DNA of 62,968 nucleotides, counting the filler, from Octopus bimaculoides (lineage: Eukaryota): the NCBI RefSeq assembly GCF_001194135.2. It is 6 parts of 6 records of this genome, joined end to end, with 100 filler letters (N's around TTAATTAATTAA, not from the genome) between each part and the next. Parts side by side here need not be neighbours in the genome. Positions count along the whole stretch, not along the records: positions 1 to 17,252 come from NC_068984.1; 5 more parts are not named here. One strand, written 5' to 3'. Every line of letters begins with the position of its first letter. The first letter of the stretch is position 1. Below are positions 1 to 14,108 of the stretch, in pieces. A program made the position numbers and the translations under genes. Below the pieces are notes generated by a model. The model saw only the letters and a list, made by a program, of their open reading frames with translations, was not told the DNA's origin and did no database searches.

Positions 1-80
1 GTGTCCAGTTAAGGATGTTGTAGCTGTAGCTTATAACTGGGACAGCTAAAGTGTTGATACCCATTATCTTGTTTTTTTTT

Positions 81-83
81 TAC

Positions 84-140
<57 letters not shown>

Positions 141-277
141 CATCATCATCATCATCATCATTATTATTATTACGTACATACACACACATACACTCGCACA
201 CGTACACACATTCTGATATGTATTATACAATTATGTATGTACATGTATGTATGTTTGTATGTATGTATGTATGTATG

Positions 278-306
<29 letters not shown>
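81..306. repeat. Compound microsatellite (TAT)n/(CAT)n/(GTAT)n; representative of dozens of such tracts across the window
   Basis: Visible perfect tri- and tetranucleotide arrays. The low-complexity ORFs in the track derive from such tracts. Confidence 0.95.
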
Positions 307-308
<2 letters not shown>

Positions 309-2071
309 GTATACACACATAAGTCACTACAATCTTGCTTTAGACAAATATGGTTTCTAAATCTATTTACCGCAATATTATGTATCGCATCATGAAATTC
401 TGATGTTTCCATATGATTTGCGATTTGAGGGAAACTTACCTGTTATTTTTATTGTGTGTCGCTATTGTTTAGACATCTCTCATTCATTGGCTCATTCATA
501 ACATGCATGCACTGTTAGGGTGTTATTCAGAGAGATTTAGTTGCTATTTCTCGCTGCGGCAAAGTGGTCACTTTGTTAGCATATAGGATAACATGTATAA
601 CATAGATAAAAGCATATAAGTAGTAGATATTTAAACAATCGACTGAAATTTTGTAGTTCCAGATTGTGTCGTGGCTCTCGAAGAGAGTCGTGACAGAAGC
701 TAAGCCTAAAAACTACGAACGTTTCAATCTGTTTAAGTCACTCCAGTGGCGTGTTTTCATTGCAACAGAGGATATATAAAAAACTTCAATTGAGAAAACA
801 TGTCTCTAGATCGCTAATGACATCTGATATCTTGTGTAAGCTCAGACTTGTGTCCTTGATTGTTTACGCATTATATGGTGCATGTATGACTGAATGAGAT
901 TCGGTTCCACATGTTTACAGTTTGCGTTAATGAAATAGCATTCCTCTGCCTTCCGAAAACTGGAACGTCGTTCAATATGCACTTATGAAATAAATTAAAA
1001 GAAGAACTACTCAAGTGAAGATATGAGACCCTTAGTGTCAATGGTGGGATACAAGGGAGTGGGTTTCTAATCTTCTAGTTGATTATGAGAAGGATGACAA
1101 ACTGCGTTGGTGCGCTTCATACCTATCCTCTGGCCCATACTATAATACATGGGTCCTCGAAATAAAAGAATGTAAGTCAAAGAATTAGATGCGACATTGG
1201 TCAACTTGAGTAATATGTGTGAATGGTGAGTGCAGAATTGACTAAAAATGCTATGTGGTTATCAGTCTCTATGAATATAAAAGATCTAGTGCTACCCGAA
1301 TGCCACAGGGCTTTTCCTTCGCTGTGCAACGTTGTAGGTGAGATTATGATGGATTATGACAAGTGATATAGAGCAGAAAGCGTGATACCTATAAATGCGG
1401 CAAAAGCAGCCATTTGAGAGCTTTCTAGCTTGAAAAACTTGAAAGGTAAATGACAGAGAACTCAGATAGCTGTAGAATCAGATATAACAACAGCTGGTCC
1501 CGTGGTTGCTGTTCCAACAGATCCAAAAGATTAAGCTCTGACCTTGATTACTCGAAGAATTAGTCTCGGCCTCAGCAGCGAATCAGCCTGAAATACAATC
1601 CTTTGCGACCATAAAGAGCAAATATAGATGGATTTTCAACAAAAAGTCAACTCACAGAAATATACAAAAATAACTCTTTTCATAGGACGCCACAAAGTTT
1701 CTCGCTGTGGGATTAAGTAACAAGGTTCTGATACTAGAGCAGCGTGCACTGAAAAATAAGAATGGTAACGATGCGGAGGTTTTTTGGGGGCAGAATTTGA
1801 AGGGGAAATCTACGAAAAATATAATGCTAAAAATCACATCATTAATTTAACAGGTATTCCAAGAGGAGCTTGTATGCTTTCTACGCCATCCAATGAACAA
1901 GATAGCAACGGTGTTTTTGGTACTCTCGGTTCTATTATGATCAGTAGCATGCAGAAAGAGTAGTGAGTAGCTCTAAAACCGTCTAGATGGTATTATTCAT
2001 GTAAGCGTCATTTATTCATATTTGTAATTATATCAAAACATTACGTAATATATACTGCAGAAGCAAGTATA

Positions 2072-2285
2072 CGGAGAGCTGAAAAGTTCCAGGTTTAGGG
2101 TAAGAGAAAATACAGGCGGATCAGTTAATTATGATTGTATTCAACGTATTCTCCTCACAGATTAACACATTTATTGTAGCGGTGCTTCAGTTTTTCTTAG
2201 ACCTGTAAAAAAACTCGGAAGGTTGGGCCTCCAACAAGGTTTTTCACGATACCCTTAAAGCCAGAAATTTTTCGGCATACTCTTG
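2072..2285 (-). mobile_element. Mariner-derived MITE
   Basis: TA on both sides. Degenerate TIRs (CGGAGAGCTGAAAAGTTCCAGG vs reverse complement CAAGAGTATGCCGAAAAATTTCTGG). The minus strand reads KLKHRYNKCVNL*GEYVE, which resembles a mariner transposase C-terminus. Confidence 0.65.
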
Positions 2286-2544
2286 TATAGATCTAAGTCT
2301 TGTGAATTGGGCTATGCATTTGTGTGCATCCTTTGTTATTATAAGAATTATTCCTTTTTACAGTATCCACACTCAAGTAATCAATCTAAATATATCTATT
2401 TGGATTTCCCAATTTCCTTGAACGATGCTTCATTGTCTATAGGGAGCAAAACTGCAATTAGGAGATATTACTTTCCTGACAGTACTTGACAACGATATGC
2501 GGTTAGGTATCTATGATCTTCTTGTACATGTGAATTGGCGTATT

Positions 2545-2616
2545 GTCGCTTTGTCATCTCTAGTCGCTTTGCTATCTTTAGTGGCTTTGTCATTTCTAAT
2601 CGCTTTGTCATTCTCT
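2545..2616. repeat. 18-bp tandem repeat, 4 degenerate copies
   Basis: gtcgctttgtcatctcta / gtcgctttgctatcttta / gtggctttgtcatttcta / atcgctttgtcattctct. Confidence 0.85.
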
Positions 2617-3250
2617 GAAACATTCTGGTTTATGATTGCACATCCTTCATTTCTATCAGTATTTCATAATGTTGGTATTAGTTCCCGTATTCATGAGCCT
2701 CACCGCTGTCATGCTTGTAGATGTATACATTATTGGCTAAGACTGAGCAACCGGAAATCAAATGGTTAATTGTCTCTTCCTTATCTCTATATTGTTTGCA
2801 ATGACTGTATTGTGTTTTCATTACAGGTATTTTATGTTATTTCTTATGAAAATGCTATCGTCCAGTCTAAACTTTGAGCCATTCACTTTTTAGCCAGTAA
2901 TGAAATTTATCATTATTTATATTTTAAAGCTTTTTTTAAAGGGATTTGCTATGTATGATGTTTTTTTTTTATTTATTTTATGACTTTAACTCTATAATGT
3001 GGTTATTTGCTTCAATTTCTTACTATTATTTACATGATAATTATGTATTTCTTCAAAAGCAATGAATATCTTGCAATAGGCTTCTAGTTGCATAACACAC
3101 TCTACCTGTCTACATTATCGGAAAGTAAAATCTGTCTATGCCAGATATTGAGTGGCATGCTCTAAGAGTAGTTATTAAATTTGGCATTATTGGTTTTCTC
3201 TCTCTAGACTTGTTAGTTACATGTGGCGACTTCTTCTTCTTTTTCTTCTT

Positions 3251-3318
<68 letters not shown>

Positions 3319-3328
3319 CATCATCATC

Positions 3329-3363
<35 letters not shown>

Positions 3364-3378
3364 TATTATTATTATTAC

Positions 3379-3439
<61 letters not shown>

Positions 3440-3442
3440 GCT

Positions 3443-3630
3443 AAGGCGGCGAGCTGGCAGACCCATTAGCACGCCGGGCAAAATACTTAGCGGCATTTCG
3501 TCCGTCCTTACGTTCTGAGTTCAAATTCCGTCGAGGTCGACTTTGCCTATCATCATTTCGGGGTCGATGAAAAATACGCACTGGGGTCGATGTAGTCAAC
3601 TAGCTCCCTCCCTCAAACTTTCAGACCTTT
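3443..3630 (+). mobile_element. SINE family A copy
   Basis: Shares GGCGAGCTGGCAGA...GTTCTGAGTTCAAATTCC...GGGGTCGAT with at least 7 other copies in the window; the head is Pol III A/B-box-like. Confidence 0.85.
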
Positions 3631-4553
3631 TGGGGTGTATACTTTAGTCCTCACTCAGACAAAGGAATTCTATATAAAAAAACAACAGAGTTAGGGAGTG
3701 CAGCTGTTCGTTTTTCGTACGTGTATGCCCCAACCAAGTCAGCTGTGATTCAGATCTGTTTAATATTAGCTAAGATTGACCTTATATGACAATAAATGCA
3801 ACGTCAGATGCAAAGCCGCAATTTCATGAAATTCACCTACATAAGTTTCCATATAAACTATTAAGAGATATTAGTTGTATAGTGTCATTGGTTGTTATTT
3901 TTCTTAAATTATAGATTACAGTGTTAATAATTATTATCAAAACTTATAAAAGTTCCTTAGAATTTGCTTTTATTCGAGTGCAAAAGAACATTTATTTAAT
4001 CAAAACTGATGATATTTGGAAGAAAAACGAAACAGCTTTTCGGCCATTAATTTTATACGTGTGCTTATATGTATATCCGTCTGTGTGCAAACATACGGAG
4101 GCATAGAAATAGGTAGTGTATAAATTTTGTCTGCATTAATAATTGCGTTTAATATTTCTACAAACACAAACAAAAAACAAAACATCTAAGTGACAGATAC
4201 ACACTTTTAATATAGGCATTTTGAGTTATATAATATAAAGTGTGTGTGTGTGTGCATGTGTGGGAGAGAGAGAGAAAGAGAACAAGGGGGGGAGGTTATG
4301 AAAGTTATATTATGGAACTAGTCGTTTGTTTTGCATGCGTTTATATATTTATGTGCGCGTGCGTGTGTGTGTGCCTGTTTGTGAAAGAGAGAGAGATTTT
4401 CTGTGTGTACATAAATATGTGTGGTAGTGAATGTGGGAGGTATACGTTTATCCTTCCCCTTTCTTTCTCTCGTATATACTTCATATATGCACATATATAT
4501 GTGTGTGTACATGTATACAAATGTATGTATGTATATATATATGTGTGTCTGTG

Positions 4554-4595
<42 letters not shown>

Positions 4596-5080
4596 AATGT
4601 ATATATACACACATATATGCACTAATGTATATATATGTGTGTGTATGTGTATATGTATATGTATGTACACACATATATATGCATATATGTGTATACATAA
4701 CTATATACATGCATATTATGTTTATGCATCATAACGTGTTTTATATGTATTCATTTATGCTTGTGTAAATAAGTTATATATATTTATGATATACATATAC
4801 GTCTATACATACATGTGTGTTTGTGTGCGTGTATATANNNNNNNNNNNNNNNNNNNNNNNNNNNNNNNNNNNNNNNNNNNNNNNNNNNNNNNNNNNNNNN
4901 NNNNNNNNNNNNNNNNNNNNNNNNNNNNNNNNNNNNNNNNNNNNNNNNNNNNNNNNNNNNNNNNNNNNNNNNNNNNNNNNNNNNNNNNNNNNNNNNNNNN
5001 NNNNNNNNNNNNNNNNNNNNNNNNNNNNNNNNNNNNNNNNNNNNNNNNNNNNNNNNNNNNNNNNNNNNNNNNNNNNNNNN

Positions 5081-5125
<45 letters not shown>

Positions 5126-5517
5126 AATACATACATGTATATATATGAATACACACACACACACACACACACATGCAAGCTGGTGTGTGTGTGTATGTGT
5201 GTGTGTGTGCTTGTGTGTATAATTTCTCGGTAATTAATTTTCAAACATTTTTTATTTCTTAATTTTTTTTTTTTGGCTAAATAAAGCAAACTAAAGCAAT
5301 GAAAATTGCTATTATATTTTTATAGGAAGCAATTGGTCATGTACACAGTTTATACGGTTTTATGCCTTCCATTTAAGCTATTATTCACAAATACATTAGA
5401 AATCGCTAATGCTTCATTGTCCCTCAACGTGTGAAATGATGTTTATAAAGTGATTAAGCAGTTAACAAAAGACCATCAAAAATATATGAACTAAAATTAG
5501 ACAAGACAATAATAATA

Positions 5518-5610
<93 letters not shown>

Positions 5611-6111
5611 CAAAATGGTAATCGTAAAACTACAAAACAAAAATAACAGAGCAAAAGAAAAGATAAAAAATATAATATTCCAGATAAATAAAAGTACTAT
5701 GAAATATCTAACGATATATGAGCACTATGGCATATGTGTGTATGTGTGTGCGGGCTTGTATATATCTGTGTGCGTATGTGCGGGTTTGTATATGTGTGTG
5801 TGCGTGTGTGTGCGGGCTTGTCTATATGTGAGTGTGTGTCTGTTTGTATTTGTGTGTGTGTGTTTGCGTGAAGTAGTGTGCGTAATGTGCGTATGGGGAG
5901 AACGATATTGTATATAATTATCATGCTTTCTCTATATGTATATACGAGAACATATTTCCCATGGTCAAATTTTAAATCAGTATTTATTATTACATTCATT
6001 ATAGTTATACTATCATATAAGAAAAAGCATGTGATAAAAGTATTTACGAACATATAAGGGATTGTACATATATATTACAACGTGAAGGGACGAAAACCAG
6101 TAATATAGTAT

Positions 6112-6327
6112 ATTGGTTTTGAAATTTGGCACAAGGTCAACAATTTCGAATGAGGGAGTTAGTCGATTATATCGACCCCAGTGCTCAACTGGTATTTATT
6201 TTATCGGCGCCGAAAAAATGAAAGACAAAGTTGACCTCGGCAGAATCTGAATTCAGAACGCAAAGACGGACGAAATGCCGCTAAGCATTTTCCCGGCGTA
6301 CTAAGAATTCTGCCAGCTCGTCGCCTT
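6112..6327 (-). mobile_element. SINE family A copy (tail variant CCTTGTGCCAAATTTCAAAACCAATA)
   Basis: Reverse-complement match to the other family A copies. Confidence 0.85.
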
Positions 6328-9300
6328 AGCCCTAAGTAGTAATATAATATATTCAGAATGTGTGAACATTTTAACATAAAACAAATATATAAAACAAATA
6401 GATGCCTATTTCCCACAAAGTTTGGGGAATATAGACCATCCCACAACATCGATCATTTAACGCTCCGACTGCAACATGCGTCTCTGCAATGCAGATATGA
6501 ACATACTTGAGTGAGTAGTCCAGCATCTTAAAGTCGACTTTTGATACGATTTTCACCAACCGTCCGTAATTTGGAAGTTCCTTGTATTCGTCCCATATTT
6601 CCTTACAAATAAATTAGTCACTTCTTTTTTATGTATTCTTTCCTGAACGGCTCTGCTAACATATTTTCTCCCCTTTTCGAATTTAATTAACTCCGAGTGA
6701 AAATGGGCGTCTATCTAACGGTCCTTTCTTTTGGCTTTTTTTTTTTTTTCTTACATTTCCCTAGGTTTCCGCACTTCTTATTTTCTTACAGTTCCCTAGG
6801 TTTTCACCTCAAGGTCTCTATTAGACTAAGATGTGGAATTGTTATTTGTTGTCTCCGTCTAATTTCTTGTTGGCAAAATAAACTTTTGGATAACCTTGTG
6901 ATCTGTTCCGACGGTCTCTGATGCCGACAGAAGTGATGAAGAGACGATTTATTTTCTCGACAATCCAATTGTTCTGGAAACTGGTGATGTTATGAAATAA
7001 TTGAAACAGATCCTCTCAGGGACTTACTATTTCCCCAGCTTCGTCTATTATCTGATACTTTTCTGTTCGAGTTTCTTTGCTTCTGAAAAAATGCACTATG
7101 CTGGCCTTTATTTTAACGTGTAACATTTATCTTTTCGTTAACGCAACACACAGATATTCAGCGATTTGATTTCTTTTCTGCTCCCTCAGTGGGGTATAAA
7201 CACTAACATAGCACTGTATATAGTTATTCGCATCTACTACAGTCATTAGATAGCTGTACTGTTATGATTATGAAAGGTGAGCACAATCCAAGGCAAACTC
7301 CCATGAAAATATTTATGACTGAACGTCTTACTCTGTGGGAATGGTTGTGACGTATCAGCTTTGTCGATGTCTTCGATGATTTTTCTGTACAAGAGATGTA
7401 CTGCCATATTCCAAGCCACTGTTGGCTAGAGATCCCTCTAAACATTATTTAGAGGGCATATGGAAACCTTAATTCCTCACAGTTCCTTGAAAACAGAGGT
7501 ATGTTACCTTCCTCTTCAAACTTTCATGGATAAATTCTTCCGACAAAGAGGTACTGTCTTTCTCGATATTACTTGTCTGTGTCCATTTTTCTAATTTTCC
7601 TTCATCTGGCTTATAATTAAGTCATTCATTTTGATTCAGAAACATTTGTAAAAGATGAATTGTTGTTTTGTTATTGTAAATATTGTTGGCAATGGTGTTT
7701 CTCTTCGTACACATTTGTCCATTCAAATTAATGTGCGTAATGCTTCTTTTTATGTATCTTCCATTGTACGGCCTGATGTGTTTAAGCTTGAACTTCTATT
7801 TCCGTTGATTTATTTCAAATTTCGTTTATCGTCTGCAAATATTTTGAGGGCAAAATTATTTACATTATTAACGCTTCTTCTCTTAACATTGCAGCACACA
7901 TTATTTCCTAATAGTACCGAGGCTGATAACAGTACAAACATCTATTTGCCAAAATTATATGTGGAATTAAGAAAAAGCAATGCTGTTAGCCTACACATAA
8001 GCCAAATCTTCGATCATATATAGCATGCAAAATTCCTATCTAAACTTCCATCAATTGATTCATCCTATTTGCTATTCCTAGGGTCGATAACTTCCTATCA
8101 GACGAAACATGTTGGTTGCGCCACTGGGGCTCTTTCTGTCCATTCGCTTCTCAACCTCTCATCAAATGTGTTCTGTGTAAGTCCATCAAATCCCATATTA
8201 ACCATTACACCGAATCCTTCTTTCCCAGAACATCAGCTAGAATCACCTCCTGCACCTCTCTTTCCTAGATGTTGATTTGTAACAGCTTAGAGGGAACATT
8301 AACGGTACAGATATTATCGGTTTTCAATGCTGGTGGAGTTCATAGAGAACGTTCTTTCTTCTATAATCAGCAAGTAAAAAGGACATACTTTAGAACAGGC
8401 AGATATGTTTCATTATTATCTTCATCATTATCATCATCATCGGCGTGGTCGTCGTCGTCATCTTCATTATCAATGAGAACAGCAGCAACAACACTAACAA
8501 GGTTGCATTTATGCAGTCATTTCACCTGCAAGAAATAGCTGACATATTTCACGTTTGAAGTACGCTGCCACCATCCTTAAAAGTCATACTGGATAACATA
8601 GCATGCACTGTGCCTGAACAGAGAAGGGTACAAGAAGTAAACGTTCAAGAAGGGTAGTAAGTTAGTGAATAAAATGAATAAATGAGGGAATGTGATAGCT
8701 GTCAATAATGATAGACACTAAAAGAGTGAAAGAGGTTGATGGAAAAGAGAAAGTTTTAAAGTGGTTGGAAACTGTTGAATTAATTGAAGGCAATAAATAC
8801 ATTCCTATAGAGTGCGGAGGTACCGATACGGTCGACGATATATTAACGGTAGAATTTGGAAGTACGATTTGTAGTCTTGGCGAAAATATAGACTTTATTC
8901 ATACACAAAATGTTAGCATTAATAGGGCCTAACTTAGTATCCAGAGCTATTTCAGAACATATTAGATAAAATTCATTGGGAAGTAGAATGACCTGAGTCT
9001 AAAGACGAGTTCAGCAAAGTAGAGAAACGTGATGGTGTTGAGTGAACGTGAAAGGTTGAGATCAAAGAAGTGCCTTTGAGGACTGAAAATATGGTAGAGG
9101 CTGCTTCGTTAGCATAAATATATTAAGGTAAAAACATGCGGAAAGGCCTCTTGGAAGAGACGGGAAATTTTTAAAGAAAAATAACGTATAGTAAAATGAA
9201 AAAATAGAGTTATTTAGGAATTAGGGAAACAAGAAATATGTAAATATTCAATTATAGAATTATTTAATTCTCTAGGAATAATTAAAAAATGGATAGAGCA

Positions 9301-9575
9301 TGCTTAAGAACTAGTATTTTAAAACAAGAGGCAAGAAATGTATAAAAGCATTAAAATAATAATCGCGATAATGTTAAAACTAAAGTATAAATTCGAGACA
9401 ATAAATAATTAAATGATTATAGCTTTTAAACAAATAATAATATTTAATCAATTAATATTATTAAATTAAAAAACAAAGTATTATTTAATTAATTATTTTG
9501 TTAATTAGGAAGAAATTGAAACAAGGAAATTAGTGATTGGAAGATATAATTCATATAAAAAGAGATTAACATTTA

Positions 9576-9712
9576 GTGTGGCTGTGTGGTAAAAAGTTTG
9601 CTTACTAACCTCATGATTCCGGGTCTAGTCGCACTGCGTGGCACCTTGGACAATTGTCTTCTACTACAGCCTCGGGCCTTCCAAAGCCTTGTGAGTGGAT
9701 CTCACAAGACAG
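9576..9712 (+). mobile_element. SINE family D, 5' part
   Basis: GTGGCTGTGTGGT...GCGTGGCACCTTGG...CTCGGGCC..CCAAAGCCTTGTGAGTGGAT, matching 42333-42450 and the minus-strand copy at 60580-60972. Confidence 0.8.
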
Positions 9713-10674
9713 TGAGAAACTTCTCACATGCTGGTAAAATACATCCAGTACAGATTTACTTTGCATAAAAGTTCTTTGCGTAGACACAATTAATGTTTTC
9801 TCTACGACCAAATACACAAGTGTGCCTTCATATGCCATTCCCTGGTACAATAAAGAAATCTTCTGGCTGCATTTTCATCTTGTGTTATCTGTGTGGATCA
9901 TTTAGAGTTGATAATCTTTATTACCACCTAACTGTAGCATTTTGGCATCAGTTTCTGTGAATATTTTATATACAACCAGAGCTCTACAAACGCGCAGTTG
10001 CTCTGGAAACTGCTCCTTAAGGGTAGAGAATCGCTTCTAGTTCTAAGTATGTTGCGGAACTGATAATAAAGAATAACTAGCAGGCATATATTTCAATATA
10101 CTTCTCATATCATTTATTTTTCAGCCACAGGTAGTCATGAATAGCAACATTTCGTCCTCCTTTAGGACTCATTAATTCAACATAACTTGGAACTCAGCCT
10201 ACATTAGAAATTTTATTTAATATTTATAATCAAAATAACAGGGGATACAATGTGAATTTTTGTGTAAACATACACAAAAATATTGAAGAAAAGAGTAGAC
10301 TGGTGCAACTAGTTAAAGATCAGGAAAAATAAAAGAATATATATTATATATTTTGCATTCTTCCCCAAACTTCACTATACTATACAATGGTAATGTGCGA
10401 AAACGAAGAGAAATAATGAAAATAATAGTACAAATGTGCAAGATCAAAACGATATTGGTGAATGCTTTAAAGATCTCCTATCAACAAAATTTGATTGACA
10501 TATAAGTTCAGACACTAATTGAGATCTTGTCAGTTTCTTGTAAATAACAAAGCAAAATCAGGAATACATAGGTATGTATGTATGTATGTATGTGTGTATG
10601 TATGTATATATGCTTGTATGGATGGATTGATGCATGTATGTACTTATGTATGTTTACATATACATGCGTGTTTA

Positions 10675-10706
<32 letters not shown>

Positions 10707-11145
10707 CTGTTATTTCCTTGTTTTCAGCCATGTCACGAATGACGGTACTTGCAGTTAGAAAATGTAGACAACATTTTACAAGATGCAGACATGTGCTTTA
10801 TTTTCTTTGTAACTTAACATCAGAACTGACAGCGTGGCAGTTGTTTTACAGGAATTCTTGTAAAACATGCTTCTTAAGTTTGCTTCCGATCAAAACCAAT
10901 TTTCACTTGATCATGATCTGAACAAAACAAACAAGACAAACAAATTAAAAGAGAATATCGAACATACAGATATATATATATACACTCTACCACCACCACC
11001 ACTACCACTATCACCACCACTACAACCAGTACCATAACAAGAACAACATAAACAAATAAACAAGAAGCTTTAGATGATAATTATGGATATTATCGTTACA
11101 AATCAACTTGTATGAACTATGTATTGAAATGTATGACGTCATAAT

Positions 11146-11359
11146 CCTTTCTACTCTAGGCACAAGGCCTGAAATTTGGTGGCGGGGGATTGTCGAGTAC
11201 ATCGACCCCAGTACTCAACTGGTACTTAATTTATTGACCACGAAAGTATGAAAAATAAAGTCAACATCGGCGGAATTAGAACTCAGCACTTAGCAATGGG
11301 CGAAATGCCGCTAAGCATTTCGTCCGGCATGCTAACGATTCTGCCAGCTCGCCACCTTC
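11146..11359 (-). mobile_element. SINE family A, full length with 18-bp TSD
   Basis: Flanked by AATGTATGACGTCATAAT (11128-11145) and AATGTAAGACGTCATAAT (11360-11377), one mismatch. Confidence 0.9.
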
Positions 11360-11705
11360 AATGTAAGACGTCATAATGTTGTCATCAATGTAACAAATAG
11401 CACCACCATACGGTGACCACTACCACCACCACGACCACCAGCACTACCGACAAAATGACGACGACGATGATCACTATGACGGCCATCATCATCATCATTG
11501 TCATCATCATCCTCATCATCTTCATCATCATTATCCTCATGATCATCAGCATGATCATCATCATAACCATCATTATGATCATCACGATCATCATAGTCTT
11601 CATCCTCCTCCTCCTTCTCATCATCATCATCGTCGTCATCATCATCATCATTGTCTTCATCATCATCATCGTCCTCATCCTCAACATCATCGTCGTCGTC
11701 ATCAT

Positions 11706-12730
11706 ATTACTATTATTATTGTTGTTGTTGTTGTATTAAAACTCGCAGCTTATATTGCTGGGCATGGTGGAAATCGTCAGCTATCTACAGCCAGCAGACT
11801 AAGGTGACATTTGTTTACTAGTCATGCTTCAACAACCTTGAGAAGAATTCTTGCAGTTCCAAGCAATGCTGATTTTTGTAGGTGTTCTACCTTCACACAT
11901 GCATCGATCTTTTTCAGACATGCTGGTAGTTGAGTGCTGATACTTCCAAGTACAGCAATTACTATTGGTATTGCGTCTACTCTCTTCATTGACCACAACC
12001 TTCGTATTTCCCACTTCAAATCGTCATAGTTGTTTATTTTTTCTTCTTTCAAATTGATCATGTTGTCATCGGGCATTCTATGTCGATTATTATACATGTT
12101 CTTTGTTTTTTATTCACCACAACAATGTTCGGTTTCCGATGTCTGGTCAGGTGATCGTACCGAATCATTGCATCCCACAGGATTTTGCAGTTCTCGTTTT
12201 CGGTGACTCCTTCTGGGGTCTGCTGATAACACGTTTTTGCTCTTTGTAGGCCGTGATTTCCACAGAATTCCCAACGGATCATTCTTCTCACATTGTCATG
12301 GCGTCTTTTGTATTCGCGTTGTGCCAATTTCTGGCATTCACTAACGATGTGCCATGCCGTTTCACCACTCTCACCACATATACTGCATTTGTCGCTATCG
12401 GTAGTGTTGTCTATTCTGCACATATGAGTGCTTCTGTCAACATTTTTCTGGTCTTGGTATTCATTTTCTTCATTTCTCTTTTGCCATTTTATAATTCTCG
12501 CTCAATACCGAAATGATGCTATCCCCCATGTATTAACTGCTTGGATTTTATTCCATCCAGTCAATTTTGAGTGCAGCACCAACCTCAGTCTCCGGAAATA
12601 TTCGATCCTCAGTTACTCTTTCATTTCCTTTTCCATTACCTCGTTGACCTCTAGTACACCAAGGTATTTGTATACTTCCGTTTCAATTTGCTCAATCAAG
12701 TTTCTATTCGGTAATTCTATCCCTGCAATT
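11706..12730 (-). mobile_element. R4/Dong-like (restriction-like endonuclease) non-LTR retrotransposon; 5'-truncated, internally deleted, decayed
   Basis: Minus strand: RT end YKYLGVLE and EYFRRLRLVLHSKLTGWNKIQAVNTW; CCHC knuckle CSICGESGETAWHIVSEC..LAQREYKRRHD; PD-(D/E)xK nuclease RKPNIVVVNK..CIIIDI; C-terminus PIVIAVLG..LQKSALLGTARIL; short 3' UTR and (CAA)n/(TAA)n tail. Stops and frameshifts present. Confidence 0.85.
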
Positions 12731-12744
12731 ATTGTTATTATTAC

Positions 12745-12847
<103 letters not shown>

Positions 12848-13726
12848 GGTGGTGGTGGTGGTGGTGGTAGTGGTAGTAACTGCTGTCGCAGTAAGCTGTT
12901 GCCGGCATCCATCTGCTGTCCATTCCTCTAGGGTCGATAAAATGTTTACCAGCTTTGTACCAAAAACGATTTTATCGACTATACTTTTGTATGATACTTT
13001 TGGGTTTTGTCAAGAATAATCGCAACGACCTTATGTCATTGTGTCATAACAACATCGTATGGAATAGATGAAATATTGGAGTTATGTGTATTTCCTTTAT
13101 ACAATTTTCTGTTTCTCTCGACCTGTCTTTATACAATCAAAAAGAAGTTCTTTATGTAGTAGATCACATTTTCAGCTTTTATATCAATGTCAACTGTCAT
13201 AAAGACTCCATTTAATCGACAGATATATCACTTTGTCTACAACAAAACTTTACTATTATGATAGAAACCAAGTCATCTTCGATATCAAAAAGAGTTTACA
13301 ACACATATTATTCCTAGTTTTATCTATTGAAATCTTATTCCTAAATGCTGGTTTGTTGAATGACCTCACATTTAATGATTCAATTTCGACTGAGGATAGA
13401 ACGTTTATTTCTGTGAAAGCAATAAAGAAAAATGTAAAATGTTTATCTTCACTTAATCACTCTTGTGTTAAGAAATAAGGCCAAAACAAAAGCAATATCT
13501 GTGGCACAATATAAAGTATTAGAAACAGGAGAACTGCATTTCATTATCATAAGAGCAATGTGTTGACTCTTGTATCTTAAATACATTTTTTGTGAAATTA
13601 AAAATGAATTTCGTAACTATAAATTTTCAAGTCATGCTTTTATTATTATCTTTGTTTATTATTTAATATAACGATATGTTCACAGATATAGGTTTATTTG
13701 TTTTAAATGGATTATATATACAAGCT

Positions 13727-14108
13727 GTGGAGGCGCAATGGCCCAGTGGTTAGGGCAGCGGACTCGCGGTCATAGGATCGCGGTTTCGATTCCCAGACCG
13801 GGCGTTGTGAGTGTTTATTGAGCGAAAACACCTAAAGCTCCACGAGGCTCCGGCAGGGGGTGGTGGCGAAACCTGCTGTACTTTTTCACAACTTTCTCTC
13901 ACTCTTACTTCCTGTTTCTGTTGTGCCTGTAATTCAAAGGGTCAGCCTTGTCACACTGTGTCACGCTGAATATCCCCGAGAACGACGTTAAGGGTACACG
14001 TGTCTGTGGAGTGCTCAGCCACTTGCACGGTAATTTCACGAGCAGGCTGTTCCGTTGATCGGATCAACTGGAACCCTCGACGTCGTAAGCGACGGAGTGC
14101 CAACAACA
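13727..14108 (+). mobile_element. SINE family B, full length with 13-bp TSD
   Basis: TSD ATATATACAAGCT (13714-13726, 14109-14121). tRNA-like head with A box TGGCCCAGTGG and B box GGTTTCGATTCC. (CAA)n tail. Confidence 0.92.

Noticed and set aside
1380-1950. Possible LTR gag/pol relic (TYKCGKSSHLRAF*, IGRHKVSRCGIK)
   Set aside because: Two of the three cysteines are missing and the similarity is too weak to call without a search.
7200-9110. Patches resembling very old LINE (L2/CR1/RTE) sequence
   Set aside because: No diagnostic motif could be read with confidence.
13384-13430. Hammerhead-like CTGAGGA..AGAA/TTCT..GAAA
   Set aside because: Stem I (TTTCGA vs AAGAAA) and stem III pair poorly. 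At most a decayed copy; not supportable.
13727-13805. tRNA-like heads (also 27535-27610, 46345-46410, 56851-56915, 60280-60355) as genuine tRNA genes
   Set aside because: Acceptor stems do not pair, there is no oligo-T terminator after the head, and all continue into SINE bodies.
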